64,000 nucleotides of DNA, taken from NCBI GenBank assembly GCA_965238005.1, contig OZ250165.1, forward strand, positions 3,040,001-3,104,000, written 5' to 3'. How positions within the stretch are numbered: the stretch's first letter is position 1; every line of letters begins with the position of its first letter. Made by a program: the position numbers and the translations under genes. The DNA is from Longimicrobiales bacterium (lineage in GTDB: Bacteria; Gemmatimonadota; Gemmatimonadetes; Longimicrobiales; Gaopeijiaceae). Below are positions 38,221 to 48,789 of the stretch, piece by piece. The notes below the pieces were generated by a model. It saw only the letters and a program-made list of their open reading frames with translations. It made no database searches and was not told where the DNA came from.

Positions 38221-39573
38221 CTAGGAGGCCGCCCCCGGCGGGGGCGGCCTGGGTTCGACGGGACCCGAGCCATCGGATGTCCGGAGCGACACACGACCGC
38301 GGAAGATGCGGCGGAGCCGATTCGCGTAAACGCGGCCGAGCGCCCTCAGTGAATGGCCCACCGGCGCTGGCCACAGCATGTGCAGGGCCCGGCGCACGTG
38401 CTCGACGGGACCGCGTGCCCACATGAAGCGCTCGTCCAGTGACATGTCCTCGATCCGCTGGGCGCTGAAGGGCTGAAGGCCCGCCATCACACGCCGCATG
38501 CGTGCCGGCGCTACCTCCACCAAGCGAGAGCGGAAGGCCGGTTCCAGAGTGCCGGGTACCAGGCGCTCGGCCATCTCGAAGGCCGGGTACGTGAAGCGCA
38601 TGGCGTCGGCTCGCTCGAGCACCGAGCAGAGGTCGGCCCAAACGAGCTCGCCCCGCGCTCGATCGCGCCGGAGCACCAGAACCAGCTCCACGAGCCGTAC
38701 CATGGAGAGATTGTGGAGCCCTTCGGAGGCGTGGGCTGCGAGCGAGGCTGCGAGGAGCGGCTGTGCCAGTATCCGAACTCCGACACCCCCCGGTCGACCA
38801 CCGGAGGTTTCGAGCACGTGGCGCCGAGTCGACGAGGCCCCCAGAGACCCGAGCGACATCGTGCCCACCCCGAAGAAGTTGCGATCGAGGGTGGTGTGGA
38901 GATCCACCGTGAGTGGGTTGTCCCGGTGAGTCACCTCGAGAGAGCGGAGTGTCGTGGAAGCACCCGGCGGGACCCAGTCGCTCTTGTACGGCCGGCTCTG
39001 GCGGTTGGTCTCGACGTATCCACCCTCTCGAAGGGCTCGGCTTGCCCCCCCGACCTCGTCCCGTCCGATCACCAGATCGAGGTCACTCGCCGGGCGCGTT
39101 CCTGGATCCGGAAAGTAGACGTGGGCGGTGTGAGCTCCCTTGATCACGATGGGGTCGATGCCCACCGCCGCCAACAGCTCAACGGCCTTGTGGAGCTCGT
39201 CGGTCAAGAGCCGGGCACGTTCCCGACCGTGGTGAAGATGCAGGCCGAGAAGGTCCTCCACTTCGGCTGCCGCCGTCAGCCTTCCTGCCTCGATCCAGTA
39301 GCCGAGGAGCGCACCCATCCCGGAAGTGAAGGCGGCCACCCCCATCTTGCGGGTGTCCATCTTGCGGGTGTTGGCCGTCATGGGGAGTACCAGGACTGGC
39401 GGCGAGCCGTCCGCCAGGACACGACTGGTCACCCGCTCGATCTCCCGGAGCGATGCCCTCCACTCGCCAACGGAGACGTCCGGCCATAGATAGAAGGGGT
39501 GACCTTGCTCGCGCGCCCACCTCAAGCGCTCCTCGACGAGTTCTGGAGCCAGATCGAGGGAGTCGGGTTGCAT
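38221..39573 (-). CDS. Nucleotidyltransferase family protein (NTP_transf_5-like)
   Basis: IVIKGA..YFPDPGTRPASDLDLVI, VDLH, AAHAS..LVELVL. Confidence 0.82.
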   Translation of the reverse strand: MQPDSLDLAPELVEERLRWAREQGHPFYLWPDVSVGEWRASLREIERVTSRVLADGSPPVLVLPMTANTRKMDTRKMGVAAFTSGMGALLGYWIEAGRLTAAAEVEDLLGLHLHHGRERARLLTDELHKAVELLAAVGIDPIVIKGAHTAHVYFPDPGTRPASDLDLVIGRDEVGGASRALREGGYVETNRQSRPYKSDWVPPGASTTLRSLEVTHRDNPLTVDLHTTLDRNFFGVGTMSLGSLGASSTRRHVLETSGGRPGGVGVRILAQPLLAASLAAHASEGLHNLSMVRLVELVLVLRRDRARGELVWADLCSVLERADAMRFTYPAFEMAERLVPGTLEPAFRSRLVEVAPARMRRVMAGLQPFSAQRIEDMSLDERFMWARGPVEHVRRALHMLWPAPVGHSLRALGRVYANRLRRIFRGRVSLRTSDGSGPVEPRPPPPGAAS

Positions 39574-39589
39574 GATCGAGAAAGGCGAG

Positions 39590-39619
39590 TTGACGGTGTT
39601 TTGTTCGACTGTTTAAGCT
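39590..39619 (+). promoter_or_regulatory. Possible sigma70 promoter for the wza operon
   Basis: TTGACG-N18-TAAGCT in an AT-rich divergent intergenic gap. Confidence 0.35.
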
Positions 39620-39646
39620 GCGTCGTTCATTGGGGCCCAGGCTCCG

Positions 39647-40324
39647 ATGCCCGCTGAGCCTAACAAAGGAACGGTCCCGGTGCCATCCTCTTTCTCACGA
39701 TCCCTTGTCTCACGATCCCTGCTCGTGCTCGTCCTCCTCTTTCTGGGCGGGGTCCGGGCTGGTGTAGGCCAGCTCCTTCCACCCCCTGGAGAGATCCTCC
39801 TGCGTCCGGGAGACGCGATCCGGGTCGAGGTCAAGGACGAGCCGCAGCTCAGCGGAGAGTTCACCGTGGCGGAAAACGGGCACGTACTCCTGCCTCTCGT
39901 GGGGCTGTTGCCGGTGGCCGGCCGGCCGTTCGACGAGGTGCGACAGGCGATCACCCGAGCATATGCCCGAGAGCTGATCGAGCCGGTCCTGGTGGTCACG
40001 CCGGTCCTCCGCATCGCCGTGCTGGGTGAGGTCCGGCTCCCGGGCCTCTTCCCGGTGGATCCCACTCACACGTTGGCCGATCTCATCGCCGCCGCCGGAG
40101 GACTCACCCCACTGGCCGCCAACGGTCGGATCTCGCTGGTCCGGAACGGCACGGTCCTGGAGGGCAGAATCGATCCCAAGTCTTTGACCGTGAGCACGCG
40201 CTTCCAATCGGGAGACCAGATCGTGGTGGGTAAGCAGAGCTGGGCCAGGGAGAATCTTCCCACCTTCATCGGCGCCTTCACGGCCGTGGCCGTTGCCATC
40301 ATTACCGGCTTGTTGGTCCGCTGA
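39647..40324 (+). CDS. wza: Polysaccharide biosynthesis/export protein (Wza-like, SLBB domain)
   Basis: LRPGDAIRV, LSGEFTV..NG..LPLVG..VAG, VLGEVRLPG, AAAGG. Confidence 0.85.
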   Translation: MPAEPNKGTVPVPSSFSRSLVSRSLLVLVLLFLGGVRAGVGQLLPPPGEILLRPGDAIRVEVKDEPQLSGEFTVAENGHVLLPLVGLLPVAGRPFDEVRQAITRAYARELIEPVLVVTPVLRIAVLGEVRLPGLFPVDPTHTLADLIAAAGGLTPLAANGRISLVRNGTVLEGRIDPKSLTVSTRFQSGDQIVVGKQSWARENLPTFIGAFTAVAVAIITGLLVR

Positions 40325-40337
40325 GAGCCCCACACCG

Positions 40338-42348
40338 ATGACGAACTCCGCATACCTCAGGCCAGACGGTCTCGTTGCAGCCTGGCTCGGGATCGTCCGC
40401 CGCCGATGGGCCTGGGGCCTCGGCGTGTTCGCTGCCGTCGTCGGCCTTGCAGCCCTGATGCTGTTCACCACCCACCCCATCTACCGCGCGCAGGCGAGCC
40501 TGCGGTTGGGGGAGCCTCCACCGCCCGGAGGAGTTTCTCCCACGTCCAACCTCCTGGGCGTGTTCGGCCTCGGGGGGGACGCCTTCGCCAATGACATGGA
40601 GCTCTTGGCGAGCCGCACCTTGACCGAAAGCGTGGTAGCCGACGGGTCGTTGAACGTCAGCCTTCTGGCCCCGAAGGACTGGCACCGGGATTCGATCTTC
40701 GGGCAATTGTTGGCGACGCCGCTGACCGGCGAGGCGACGTTCGAAGTCGAGTGGAGGGGGAGCGACGTTGTGATCCGGCAGACCGCGCCGTCGGAGGACC
40801 GAGGTGTGGTGGCCACGGTCTCGCCGGGCGAGTCCGTGACGTTCGGGGGGGTGTCAGCCACGTTCCGGCCGCGGCGGGAAGGCATGCCCACAGAGGTCCG
40901 CATCAAGACGCTTCCCTTCTCCGAGGCGGTACGCGTGGAGCGGGGGCGCATCGTCTCGGAGCGGACACGGCGTGAGGCCAACGTCGTGGAGATCAGCTAC
41001 GACCACACGGATCCCGATCTGGCCGAGGCTGTGGTGCGGTCCACGGTCGATCGCTTCATCGCCTTCAGAACTCAGATCCAGAGTAGGGAGAGTGGGCAGA
41101 CCGTCGACTCCCTGAGGGTCGTGGCGAACGAGACGCTGGTAGAGCTCCTCGAGGCCGAGACCGCGTTGGAGGAGTATCAGCGAACCTCGCGACTCGTGGC
41201 CCCCGACGCACAGAGCGAGGCGTTCATCGAGCGCTATAGCGACCTTCTCTCCGGGTTGGGGCAGGCTCAAGCAGGGCTGAGCGCCATCGATGACGTTCTC
41301 GGGAGAGTCGCGGCGGCTGCCGACCCGGCCCGGGCGTGGACCGGTCTCGTCTCTCATCCCCTGTTTCTCCAGAACGAGACCGTTGGCCTGCTCCTGGCCC
41401 AGCTCACGACTCTGGAGGCGAGGCGAAATGAAGTGGCGTCCCGGCGGACCGTGGAGAGCCGGGAGCATCGAGTGGTCCTGGAGCAGATCGAGTACCTCGT
41501 CGTTTCTCTCAGTTCTGTGGCCGAGGCCTACCGGACGTCCCTCGTCGATCAAATCGGGGTAGCCGAAGAGATGGTCGCGACCATGGATGCGGAGCTCGCC
41601 AGGATGCCCCGGCAGGTGATCGGGCTGGCGAGGCGCCAGCGAGACGTCCGGATCCTGACCGACATGGTGGTCCTGACCGAGCAGCGGCTCCGCCAGGAGG
41701 AGCTCAGGCAGGCCCTGACCTTCGCGAATATTCAGGTGATCGACCCCCCCAAGCTCCGCTTCAAACCGATCTGGCCACGTAAGCTCCTCGGCCTCGCCGT
41801 TGGCTTCATGATCGCCGGCGTCTTCGGGGCCCTGGCCCTGGTGGTGAGTGAGCGTTCGGATCCCTCGATCCGTTCGGTCGTGGCCATCCGGCCCCTCCTG
41901 GGAGCTCCCGTCCTGGCGGCTCCGTACCGCAGCCGGAGCAGGATCGTGCTCTCTGTCTCGGATGCCCGGGCGGTCCTCGACCGAGTGGGCCACGATGACT
42001 GGGGAGCGGCCCGCATGGTCCTTGCACCTCTGGACGAGGGCCACGACGCAGCCGACCTCGTGGGCACTCCTTCGGGCTGGCGAGGCTGACGAGGACGGGG
42101 GCACGCGAAGCCGCCGCCCCGGATGGAGCACGCCGACTCTCGAGACCGCGCCGCCGATCCAGACATTCGCCACAGCATCCGAGGCGGTGATCGGGGAGGT
42201 GCCCGTGGTCCTCGTGCTCCGGTGCGCACTGACCCGAAAGGGCGACCTGGCCCGGGCCGTCGAGCTGGTGACCGAAGCCGGTGGCAAGATCGGCGGCGGC
42301 GTGTTGGTGTGCCGCAGCGCCGAAGAGGCGAGGGCGGCGTGGGGATAG
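40338..42348 (+). pseudogene. Wzc/GumC-like polysaccharide co-polymerase, frameshifted near 42060
   Basis: TM + TTHPIYRAQASL, coiled coil, IQVIDPP..PIWPR + TM, LGAPVLA; C-terminal domain continues in another frame (VVLVLRCALTRKGDLARAVELV..GGKIGGGVL). Confidence 0.8.
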
Positions 42349-42944
42349 GGAAGCGGGCCCTGGACCTGGTCGGCGCCTCGGTCGTGCTGACCCTGGCGTC
42401 ACCATTGCTGGTGCTGGGCGCCCTCGCGGTGCTCTTGGGGTCCGGCCGTCCGATCTTCTTCGGCCACCGGCGACTGGGCCGTGACGGCATCCCGTTTCGT
42501 TGTTGGAAGCTCCGGACCATGCGCGTGGGCGCCGAGGCCGAGCTGGAGCTCGAGAGGGCCCTCAACGAGCAATACCGGGGGAATGGCTTCAAGATTCCCA
42601 CCGGCGAGGATCCGAGGGTCACTCGAGTCGGAGGGTGGCTTCGCCGCAGCTACGTGGACGAGATCCCACAGCTCTTCAACGTCCTGAACGGCTCCATGTC
42701 CCTCGTGGGCCCCCGACCCGTCGTCGAGGACGAGCTCGAGTGTTACGGTGGGGACGCCGAGGAGCTGCTGCGAGTGCGGCCCGGCGTCTTCGGGGAGTGG
42801 ACGAGTCGTGGAAGGGACCGACCGCCCTACCCCGAGAGGGCGGCCATAGAGCTCGAGTACCTTCAGCACCGTTCTTTCATGAAGGATCTCGGGATTCTCG
42901 CCCGCTCCATCCCCGTAGTCTTCAAGGGTCAGGAGGACAGATAG
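42339..42944 (+). CDS. Initiating sugar (phosphoglycosyl) transferase, Bac_transf family
   Basis: KRALDL, FFGHRRLG, WKLRTM, DPRVTRVGGWLRR, DEIPQLFNVLNGSMSLVGPRP. Confidence 0.93.
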   Translation: MGIGKRALDLVGASVVLTLASPLLVLGALAVLLGSGRPIFFGHRRLGRDGIPFRCWKLRTMRVGAEAELELERALNEQYRGNGFKIPTGEDPRVTRVGGWLRRSYVDEIPQLFNVLNGSMSLVGPRPVVEDELECYGGDAEELLRVRPGVFGEWTSRGRDRPPYPERAAIELEYLQHRSFMKDLGILARSIPVVFKGQEDR

Positions 42945-42948
42945 GCCC

Positions 42949-44442
42949 TTGTTTACCGACACCTCTCCGGCGGAAGGCCTGCGCCGGATATTCCTAAACG
43001 CACTGTCGCTCCTCTTCGCATACGGGCTGCCCAAAGTCTTCACTGTGGGCGCCGTGGTGGTGGCGGCCCGTGTGCTCGGAACAGGGGAGTTCGGAGCCTA
43101 CGGGACGGCGGCGGCGCTGTCCGTGATCTTGAGCATCGTGTCGACCCTCGGGATGTTGCCCCTCCTGATTCGCGACATTGCTCGCCAGCCGGAGCGCGCA
43201 CCCGAACTCGTGAGGTCCGCCCACCTTCTCAAGACCATCGCAAACGGCGTGATGCTGGTGATCTTGGTCGTGGTAGCGAAGTGGCTGCTGGCCTACCCGG
43301 ACCAGATAGTGGCCACGGCCCTGCTGCTCGGCGTCTCCTACGCCATCGGCTCCTATGCCGAGAACATGGCGGCCTACTTCCAGGCGATGGAGCGGATGCA
43401 CGTCTGGATGCAGGCCAGCGCCGCATTCGGCCTCGTCACCGGAGGCCTGGGCGCAGCCCTCGTGTGGACGACCTCCAGCATGGTGTGGTTCGCCTTGGCA
43501 CCCATCGTCGGGCAGGCCGCTGCGCTCTTCTGGCTCGTGAGGCAGGCGCCCGGGCCGATCCGTCGGGGCGAGTGGGCGCCGTGGTCCGAGGTGAGGAATC
43601 TCGCCCTAGAGACGGTACCGTTCGCAGCCGCCTTCGTGGCTCTCACCATCTATTACAAGATCGACGTCCTCCTCCTGGCCGCGTGGCGCTCGCCGGCCGA
43701 CGTGGGCCTCTACACTGCGGCATACAAGTTCTGGGACGTGGCCCAGGCCCTCTCCCTGGTGGCCATTGCCGCAGTGTATCCACTCCTTTCCCGGATCGCC
43801 CCCCGGAATGGGACAGGCGAAAGGTGGGCGGGGACGAGAGTCACCGAGCTCATGCTCCTGGCCGTGGTGCCCGCCTGCGCGCTCCTATGGCTGCTCAAAG
43901 GGCCCCTCATCGAGACCCTCTACGGGGTCTCGTACGTCCATGCCACCCCGGTGCTGGGCCGACTCTCGCCGGCACTTCCCGCTCTCGCCGTCAACCTCCT
44001 CGCCGGATACATCCTGGGGGCCGCCGGAAAGATGACCCATGTCGCCGTGTTATACGCCGTCGGGGTCGTGGCGAACGTTGTCCTCAACGTCTTTCTGGTC
44101 ACATCCATGGGTCCTCTCGGTGCCGCAACAGCCAAGCTGGGATCGGAAGTGCTGCTGGCCGGCGGATTCCTCGTGATCCTCCGAATGCAAGCCGCCGTGG
44201 CTCCCACGGTGCATACTCTGGTCATCGCCGTAGTGGCAGGCGGGCTCGCCTGGGTCGTGACCTGGATTCCGGATACGACAGGGGGTTTGGTCCAGGCGCC
44301 GGTTTATGCGGTGGCCGTCGCTCTCCTCTACTGGCGTGGCCGCGTGGTGCCCGAGGGTGAGTGGCTCGCCCTGAGGGAAGCCGTCCAGCTCGGAAACAAA
44401 GGGGTCGAAGGGCGCGAGCCCGGCGCGGAGGGAGTCACGTGA
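42949..44442 (+). CDS. wzx: Wzx-type flippase
   Basis: ARVLGTGEFGAY, LIRDIA, IYYKIDVLLL..DVGLYTAAYK, NVVLNVFLV..GPLGAA; many TM helices. Confidence 0.9.
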   Translation: MFTDTSPAEGLRRIFLNALSLLFAYGLPKVFTVGAVVVAARVLGTGEFGAYGTAAALSVILSIVSTLGMLPLLIRDIARQPERAPELVRSAHLLKTIANGVMLVILVVVAKWLLAYPDQIVATALLLGVSYAIGSYAENMAAYFQAMERMHVWMQASAAFGLVTGGLGAALVWTTSSMVWFALAPIVGQAAALFWLVRQAPGPIRRGEWAPWSEVRNLALETVPFAAAFVALTIYYKIDVLLLAAWRSPADVGLYTAAYKFWDVAQALSLVAIAAVYPLLSRIAPRNGTGERWAGTRVTELMLLAVVPACALLWLLKGPLIETLYGVSYVHATPVLGRLSPALPALAVNLLAGYILGAAGKMTHVAVLYAVGVVANVVLNVFLVTSMGPLGAATAKLGSEVLLAGGFLVILRMQAAVAPTVHTLVIAVVAGGLAWVVTWIPDTTGGLVQAPVYAVAVALLYWRGRVVPEGEWLALREAVQLGNKGVEGREPGAEGVT

Positions 44443-45556
44443 AGGTCCTCTACGTGTCGAAGGCACTTTGTGTGGCGGCCTATCGGGACAAGCTCAAAGC
44501 CTCTCCAGCCATGTGGACGTCGTCGGTGTCATCCCGGAGAGATGGGGCGAGGAGGGCATCGAGGAGAGCGACGGCTCGGTGCCGGATGTCGTCTCCTGGC
44601 CCGTCCGCTTTCACGGCCACAACCACTTCCACCTCTACCGTCGACCGGGTGGGCTCGTCGAGGAGATGGCGCCGGACCTGGTTCACATCGACGAGGAGCC
44701 CTTCAGCGCGGTGACCTTCCAGCTCACACGGGTGTGCCGGCGCCGGCGAGTCCCGTCCCTGTTCTTCACCTGGCAGAACCTGGAGAAGCCGGTGCCTCCG
44801 CCCTTCGGCGCCATGAGGACGTACGTATTCCGCCATTCCGGAGGGGCCATTGCCGGAACCCGGCGCGCCGCCGATGTCCTCCGCCGCGTCGGTTACGCCG
44901 GTGAGCTGAGCGTCATCCCCCAGTTCGGGGTCAACACGCATTGCTTCGCCCCGAATGAAGAGGCCCGCGCGGCGGTCCGCGAGCGTGTCTCGGCTGGAAG
45001 CGCGGATCTGGTGGTGGGCTTCGGTGGGAGGCTGGTGCCCGAGAAGGGCTTGGATCTGCTGATCTCGGCCGCGGCGAGATACAGTCATTTTCGGCTCGTG
45101 ATTCTGGGCGACGGCCCCCAGAGGGCCGCCCTGGAGGCAGCCGCGAGGCAGGCCAGGGTCGCGGACCGGATCCACTTCACTGGGCACGTGCCTTCCCTCG
45201 AGGTCCCGCGCTGGCTGCCGGGCTTCGACGTGCTCGCCCTTCCGTCCCTCACCACGAAGCGCTGGACCGAGCAGTTCGGCCGCATCCTGGTGGAGGCCAT
45301 GGCGTGCGGCGTACCCGTTGTGGCCTCGAACGCCGGTGAGATTCCACGAGTCGTGGGAGACGGCGGCATCATCGTGCGGGAGGGTGACGCGTCCGCTCTC
45401 GGCGCCGCCCTCGAGCGCCTGGCGAAGGATCCCGGCGCTCGTGCGACGCTGGCGGCGCGGGCCCGCGCGAGGGCTGAGACAAGGTTCAGCCAGGAGGGCG
45501 TAGCCACCGCCACCGTGGAGTTCTATGAGCAGGTCCTGGCCCGAGCGACAGGCTAA
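44439..45556 (+). pseudogene. GT4 glycosyltransferase with a single-base frameshift at ~44500
   Basis: VKVLYVSKALCVAAYRDKLKA then LSSHVDVV in another frame; GRLVPEKG, LPS..EQFGRILVEAMACGVPVV. Confidence 0.85.
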
Positions 45557-47085
45557 TGAGAGCGGTGCATGGCATCTTCACGGACTCGAGCGATCAGTGG
45601 ATCGCCGTGCTGGCCGTAGCCGCACTCGGCTACGGCGCACTGCTGGTCCTTCATGGCATCCTCTCCGGGCAGATCACCGCAGCAGCGGCAGGAGGAGCGC
45701 TCGGCGGGGCCGGACTGATCCTCCTGGTGGTGGGCGGGTGGGTCGACGGCCTCATCCTTGTCGCGCTCTCACTACCCCTTCCCGCACTCTTTGGCAACGA
45801 CGGGATTCGAATCACGACGGCGGCCCTCGTGACGGCGGCGGTGGTTCTGGCGTGGGCCCTCGGCCTGGCGTATTCCCGCCACGCGGTCGTACTGGGCCGC
45901 TTCCCGGTGAAGGCGACGGTGGCGCTGGTCGGTGTCTTCGTGGTGGCGACCCTGCTCGGACAGAGCCCGGTGACGTCGGCCCGAGAGACCCTGAACTTCG
46001 TGGTGCTCCTGGCACTCCTGGTGGTGGCGACGGACCTCTTCATGGGAGATCCGGACCGGATGGAGAGGGTCCTGGCCGTCCTCGTGTGGGTGGCCGCCCT
46101 GTGTGGGGTGCTGGCCTTATTGGAGACCCTCCGGATTCTCCCGGGCGAGTTTCCGCGATTCGACACGAGATTCAACCGCGCAGCCCTGGGGTTCGGGCAG
46201 CCCAATGGCCTCGGCCTCTTCTTGGCGGTGATGATTCCGCTGGCGGCCCACCGATACGCAAGGGCCCGCACCCGGATCGGGAGGGCCCTCCACGCCCTCG
46301 CCGCCGGAGCCCTCATCATCGGACTTGTGGGGACATTCTCCCGCGGAAGCTGGCTCGCGGTCCTGGCCGGTTCGGGGGTGTTCCTCTTGAGCCGGGACTG
46401 GCGGCTGGCGGCCCGTATCTGGCTCGTGGCGGTGGTCTGCGTCGTCGTCTTGGACCTGGGGTCGGGAGGGGCTCTCCGAGACACTGTAGGGCGGACGCTG
46501 GGCGACTGGGTGCTGGAGCAGCGCGTGGCTCTCATGCTCGCGGGCGTCCTCATGTTCCTGGAGCACCCGATCATCGGGGTGGGCCCCGGCGGATTCGCCG
46601 ACAACCTGGATCGGTTCGGGCCCCAGGTGAGCCAGTTGTGGGACATCCAGCCGACGCCGCACAACGCCTACGTACAGATGGCCGCCGAGACCGGTGTGAT
46701 CGGGCTGGTGGCATTTGTCGCCTTCCTCACGGTGACCCTGTGGGCCCTTCTCAAGGAAGTCCGACGATCCGGTCGCGAGACGGACCAACGAAACAGGCTC
46801 GACCTGCGGCGGGCCCTCTTGTGGTCGCTCGCGACGGTGTGCGTCGCGGGCATGGTGGTCTGGCCCTTCGCGCACGGCCCCGGCCAGCTCGTCATGCTGG
46901 TGGCCGCCATGGCGTACGTGCTGCCCCCTGAGCCTGCGGCGGAGCCGGATGCGGCGGAGCCGGACGCCCCGGAGCCGGACGCCGCGGAGCCGGATGCGGC
47001 GGAGCCGGATGCCCCGAAGCCGGACCCTGCAGAGGTGCTGGAACCGGGCGTGGAGGCCCAAGCGAACCCGGAGGCCGAGTCGTGA
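45556..47085 (+). CDS. O-antigen ligase / Wzy polymerase family protein
   Basis: RAALGFGQPNGLG, TFSRGSWL, EHPIIGVGPGGF, PHNAYVQMAAETGVIG. Confidence 0.9.
   Translation: MRAVHGIFTDSSDQWIAVLAVAALGYGALLVLHGILSGQITAAAAGGALGGAGLILLVVGGWVDGLILVALSLPLPALFGNDGIRITTAALVTAAVVLAWALGLAYSRHAVVLGRFPVKATVALVGVFVVATLLGQSPVTSARETLNFVVLLALLVVATDLFMGDPDRMERVLAVLVWVAALCGVLALLETLRILPGEFPRFDTRFNRAALGFGQPNGLGLFLAVMIPLAAHRYARARTRIGRALHALAAGALIIGLVGTFSRGSWLAVLAGSGVFLLSRDWRLAARIWLVAVVCVVVLDLGSGGALRDTVGRTLGDWVLEQRVALMLAGVLMFLEHPIIGVGPGGFADNLDRFGPQVSQLWDIQPTPHNAYVQMAAETGVIGLVAFVAFLTVTLWALLKEVRRSGRETDQRNRLDLRRALLWSLATVCVAGMVVWPFAHGPGQLVMLVAAMAYVLPPEPAAEPDAAEPDAPEPDAAEPDAAEPDAPKPDPAEVLEPGVEAQANPEAES
46942..47031 (+). repeat. 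Six 15-bp tandem units encoding (E/K)PD(A/P)(A/P)
   Basis: gagccggatgcggcg-type units in the ligase C-terminal tail. Confidence 0.9.
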
Positions 47086-47303
47086 AGATCGGTATCAATG
47101 GTCGCTTCTACGGGGCGCCCCTCACCGGTGTGCAGCGCTTCTCCCGCGAGCTCTCTACCCGGATCTATGATCGACAGGGCGCCGTTCTTTTCCTGCCCCG
47201 TGGAACCGAGCCCCCTCTGGGGCTCCCCAGGCAGGTGGAGGTGGTGGTAGGAAGGACCCGTGGGCACCGGTGGGAGCAGCTCGAGCTTCCGGGAGCGGCG
47301 TGA
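47082..47303 (+). pseudogene. N-terminal fragment of a GT4 glycosyltransferase truncated by IS481
   Basis: KIGINGRF...TGVQRFSREL...WEQLELP, stop supplied by the IS end. Confidence 0.85.
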
Positions 47304-48789
47304 GCGGTACCCCTGATGGGTACCAACAGTTACACACCCCTGATGGGTGACAGTTCTTGTCAGGTAAGCTGCTGTTTTTTTTGTTACCTCCACCGGTGGA
47401 GTCAGAAGCTTCCGCTGCGCCGGAGCGCAGGGGAGTAGAAGCGAGCGGAGTTCCACGAAGGTAGCGGTTCGCGTCGACGTCTGAGGGGCTGGGCAGTTCA
47501 CGCGGCCTCAGCGTCGTGGATTACGGGACGAGGAGCCATCGTGATCGAGGATGGCAGCTTTTCGGACGTGAAGCCAACCGAGGGCGACGGGACCGAAGTA
47601 GACAGCCCAGACATCGTCGGCGACCTCCTCGAGGCCAATGTATTCGCCGCCGAGCAGATGAGAGACGTTGGCCCAGGCGGAGTGCCATCGGATGCCGCCG
47701 TTGATGGAGACCTTACGGGTCTCGAAGTGGGCGGGGTAGTCGGGGGTCAAGAGCTTGCTGGGGAAGGGACGGGTTGAGGGCTCGTAGACGGAGGCGGGCG
47801 GCCTCTGGCCGTGGGCCTCGTGGGGCCGGATCTCGTTGAAATCAATGCGGAAGGCATTGAAGCGTTTCTGCTGAGCGGATCGGTTTCCGGCGGGCGGGAT
47901 GGTGGCCTCAGCCTTGAGGTCTTTGTGCATGCGTTCGTGGCGGCCGTTCTGCTGGGGAGATGCGGGCTCGATGAGATCGGGCAGGATGCCGAGCTTGATC
48001 CACCAGACGGAGAGCCTGGAGAGGCGCCCTAAGGCTATGGAGGCAAAGGGAGTACCGTTGTCGGTACGGATGCGGTCGGGGATCCCGAACTCGTGGAAGA
48101 GGCGGGTGAAAACACGTCTGGAACCGGCGTAGGTGGTCCCTGAGAGGCCCTGACAAGCGAGCAGGTAGCGGCTGAAGCCATCCTGGACGGTGAGCGGGTA
48201 GCAGTAGACGCCGTCGAGGGTCTTGAACTGCCCCTTGAAGTCGGCGGACCAGATGGAGTTGGGCGCATCGAAGGGCGCGGTGGGTCGACCGGGATGAGAG
48301 GATTTACGTCGGCGCCGCAGCTTGTTGACCAGGCCCTCGCGCAGGAAGTGTCTGTGCAGGACCTGGGGCGCGGGTAGCGACCAGTCGGGGTGCACCTCGA
48401 GGAGGCGGCCTAGGATCTTGGCAGCTCCCCACCGGGGTCGACGACGGCGGAGCTCGAAGGCAGCCTCGAGGATGTGGGGCTCAGTAGCGTGGGGACAGCA
48501 ATGGGGCCGATGGGAGCGGTCGAGCAGCCCGTCGGGTCCTTGGGTCTCGTATCGTTCGAGCCACTTGTAGCCCGTCTTGCGGCTGATGTTGTAGCGTCGG
48601 CAGAGTTCGGAGTGGGAGAAGAGGCTCGCGGTGGCCTCGAGGATGAATCGCTTGCGTTCGTTCATGGGATCGGTCTCCAACCATGGCATGGGCAGCTCCA
48701 AGAGCGTGTCGAAGGAGCGCCACGTTACGGGTCGAGACTGTCACCCATCAGGGGTGAGAAAAGCGTTACCTATCAGTGGTAGGCTGTAC
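47300..48789 (-). mobile_element. IS481-family element (ends approximate)
   Basis: Inverted subterminal repeats CACCCCTGATGGGTGACAG (~47335-47353) / CTGTCACCCATCAGGGGTG (~48738-48756); no target duplication seen. Confidence 0.85.
47508..48689 (-). CDS. IS481-family transposase
   Basis: MPW..., LCRRYNISRKTGYKW, WSADFKG, YPLTVQD..SRY, IRTDNG, PQQNGRHERMH. Confidence 0.95.
   Translation of the reverse strand: MPWLETDPMNERKRFILEATASLFSHSELCRRYNISRKTGYKWLERYETQGPDGLLDRSHRPHCCPHATEPHILEAAFELRRRRPRWGAAKILGRLLEVHPDWSLPAPQVLHRHFLREGLVNKLRRRRKSSHPGRPTAPFDAPNSIWSADFKGQFKTLDGVYCYPLTVQDGFSRYLLACQGLSGTTYAGSRRVFTRLFHEFGIPDRIRTDNGTPFASIALGRLSRLSVWWIKLGILPDLIEPASPQQNGRHERMHKDLKAEATIPPAGNRSAQQKRFNAFRIDFNEIRPHEAHGQRPPASVYEPSTRPFPSKLLTPDYPAHFETRKVSINGGIRWHSAWANVSHLLGGEYIGLEEVADDVWAVYFGPVALGWLHVRKAAILDHDGSSSRNPRR

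Noticed and set aside
38226..38250. 11-bp GC hairpin at convergent gene ends as a terminator
   Set aside because: Lies within the nucleotidyltransferase coding end and has no U-tract on either strand.
39342..39720. Two 15-bp tandem micro-duplications (TRKMDTRKM; SRSLVSRSL)
   Set aside because: In-frame slippage events with no evident function.
46942..47031. CRISPR or non-coding repeat
   Set aside because: Contiguous in-frame coding VNTR without spacers.
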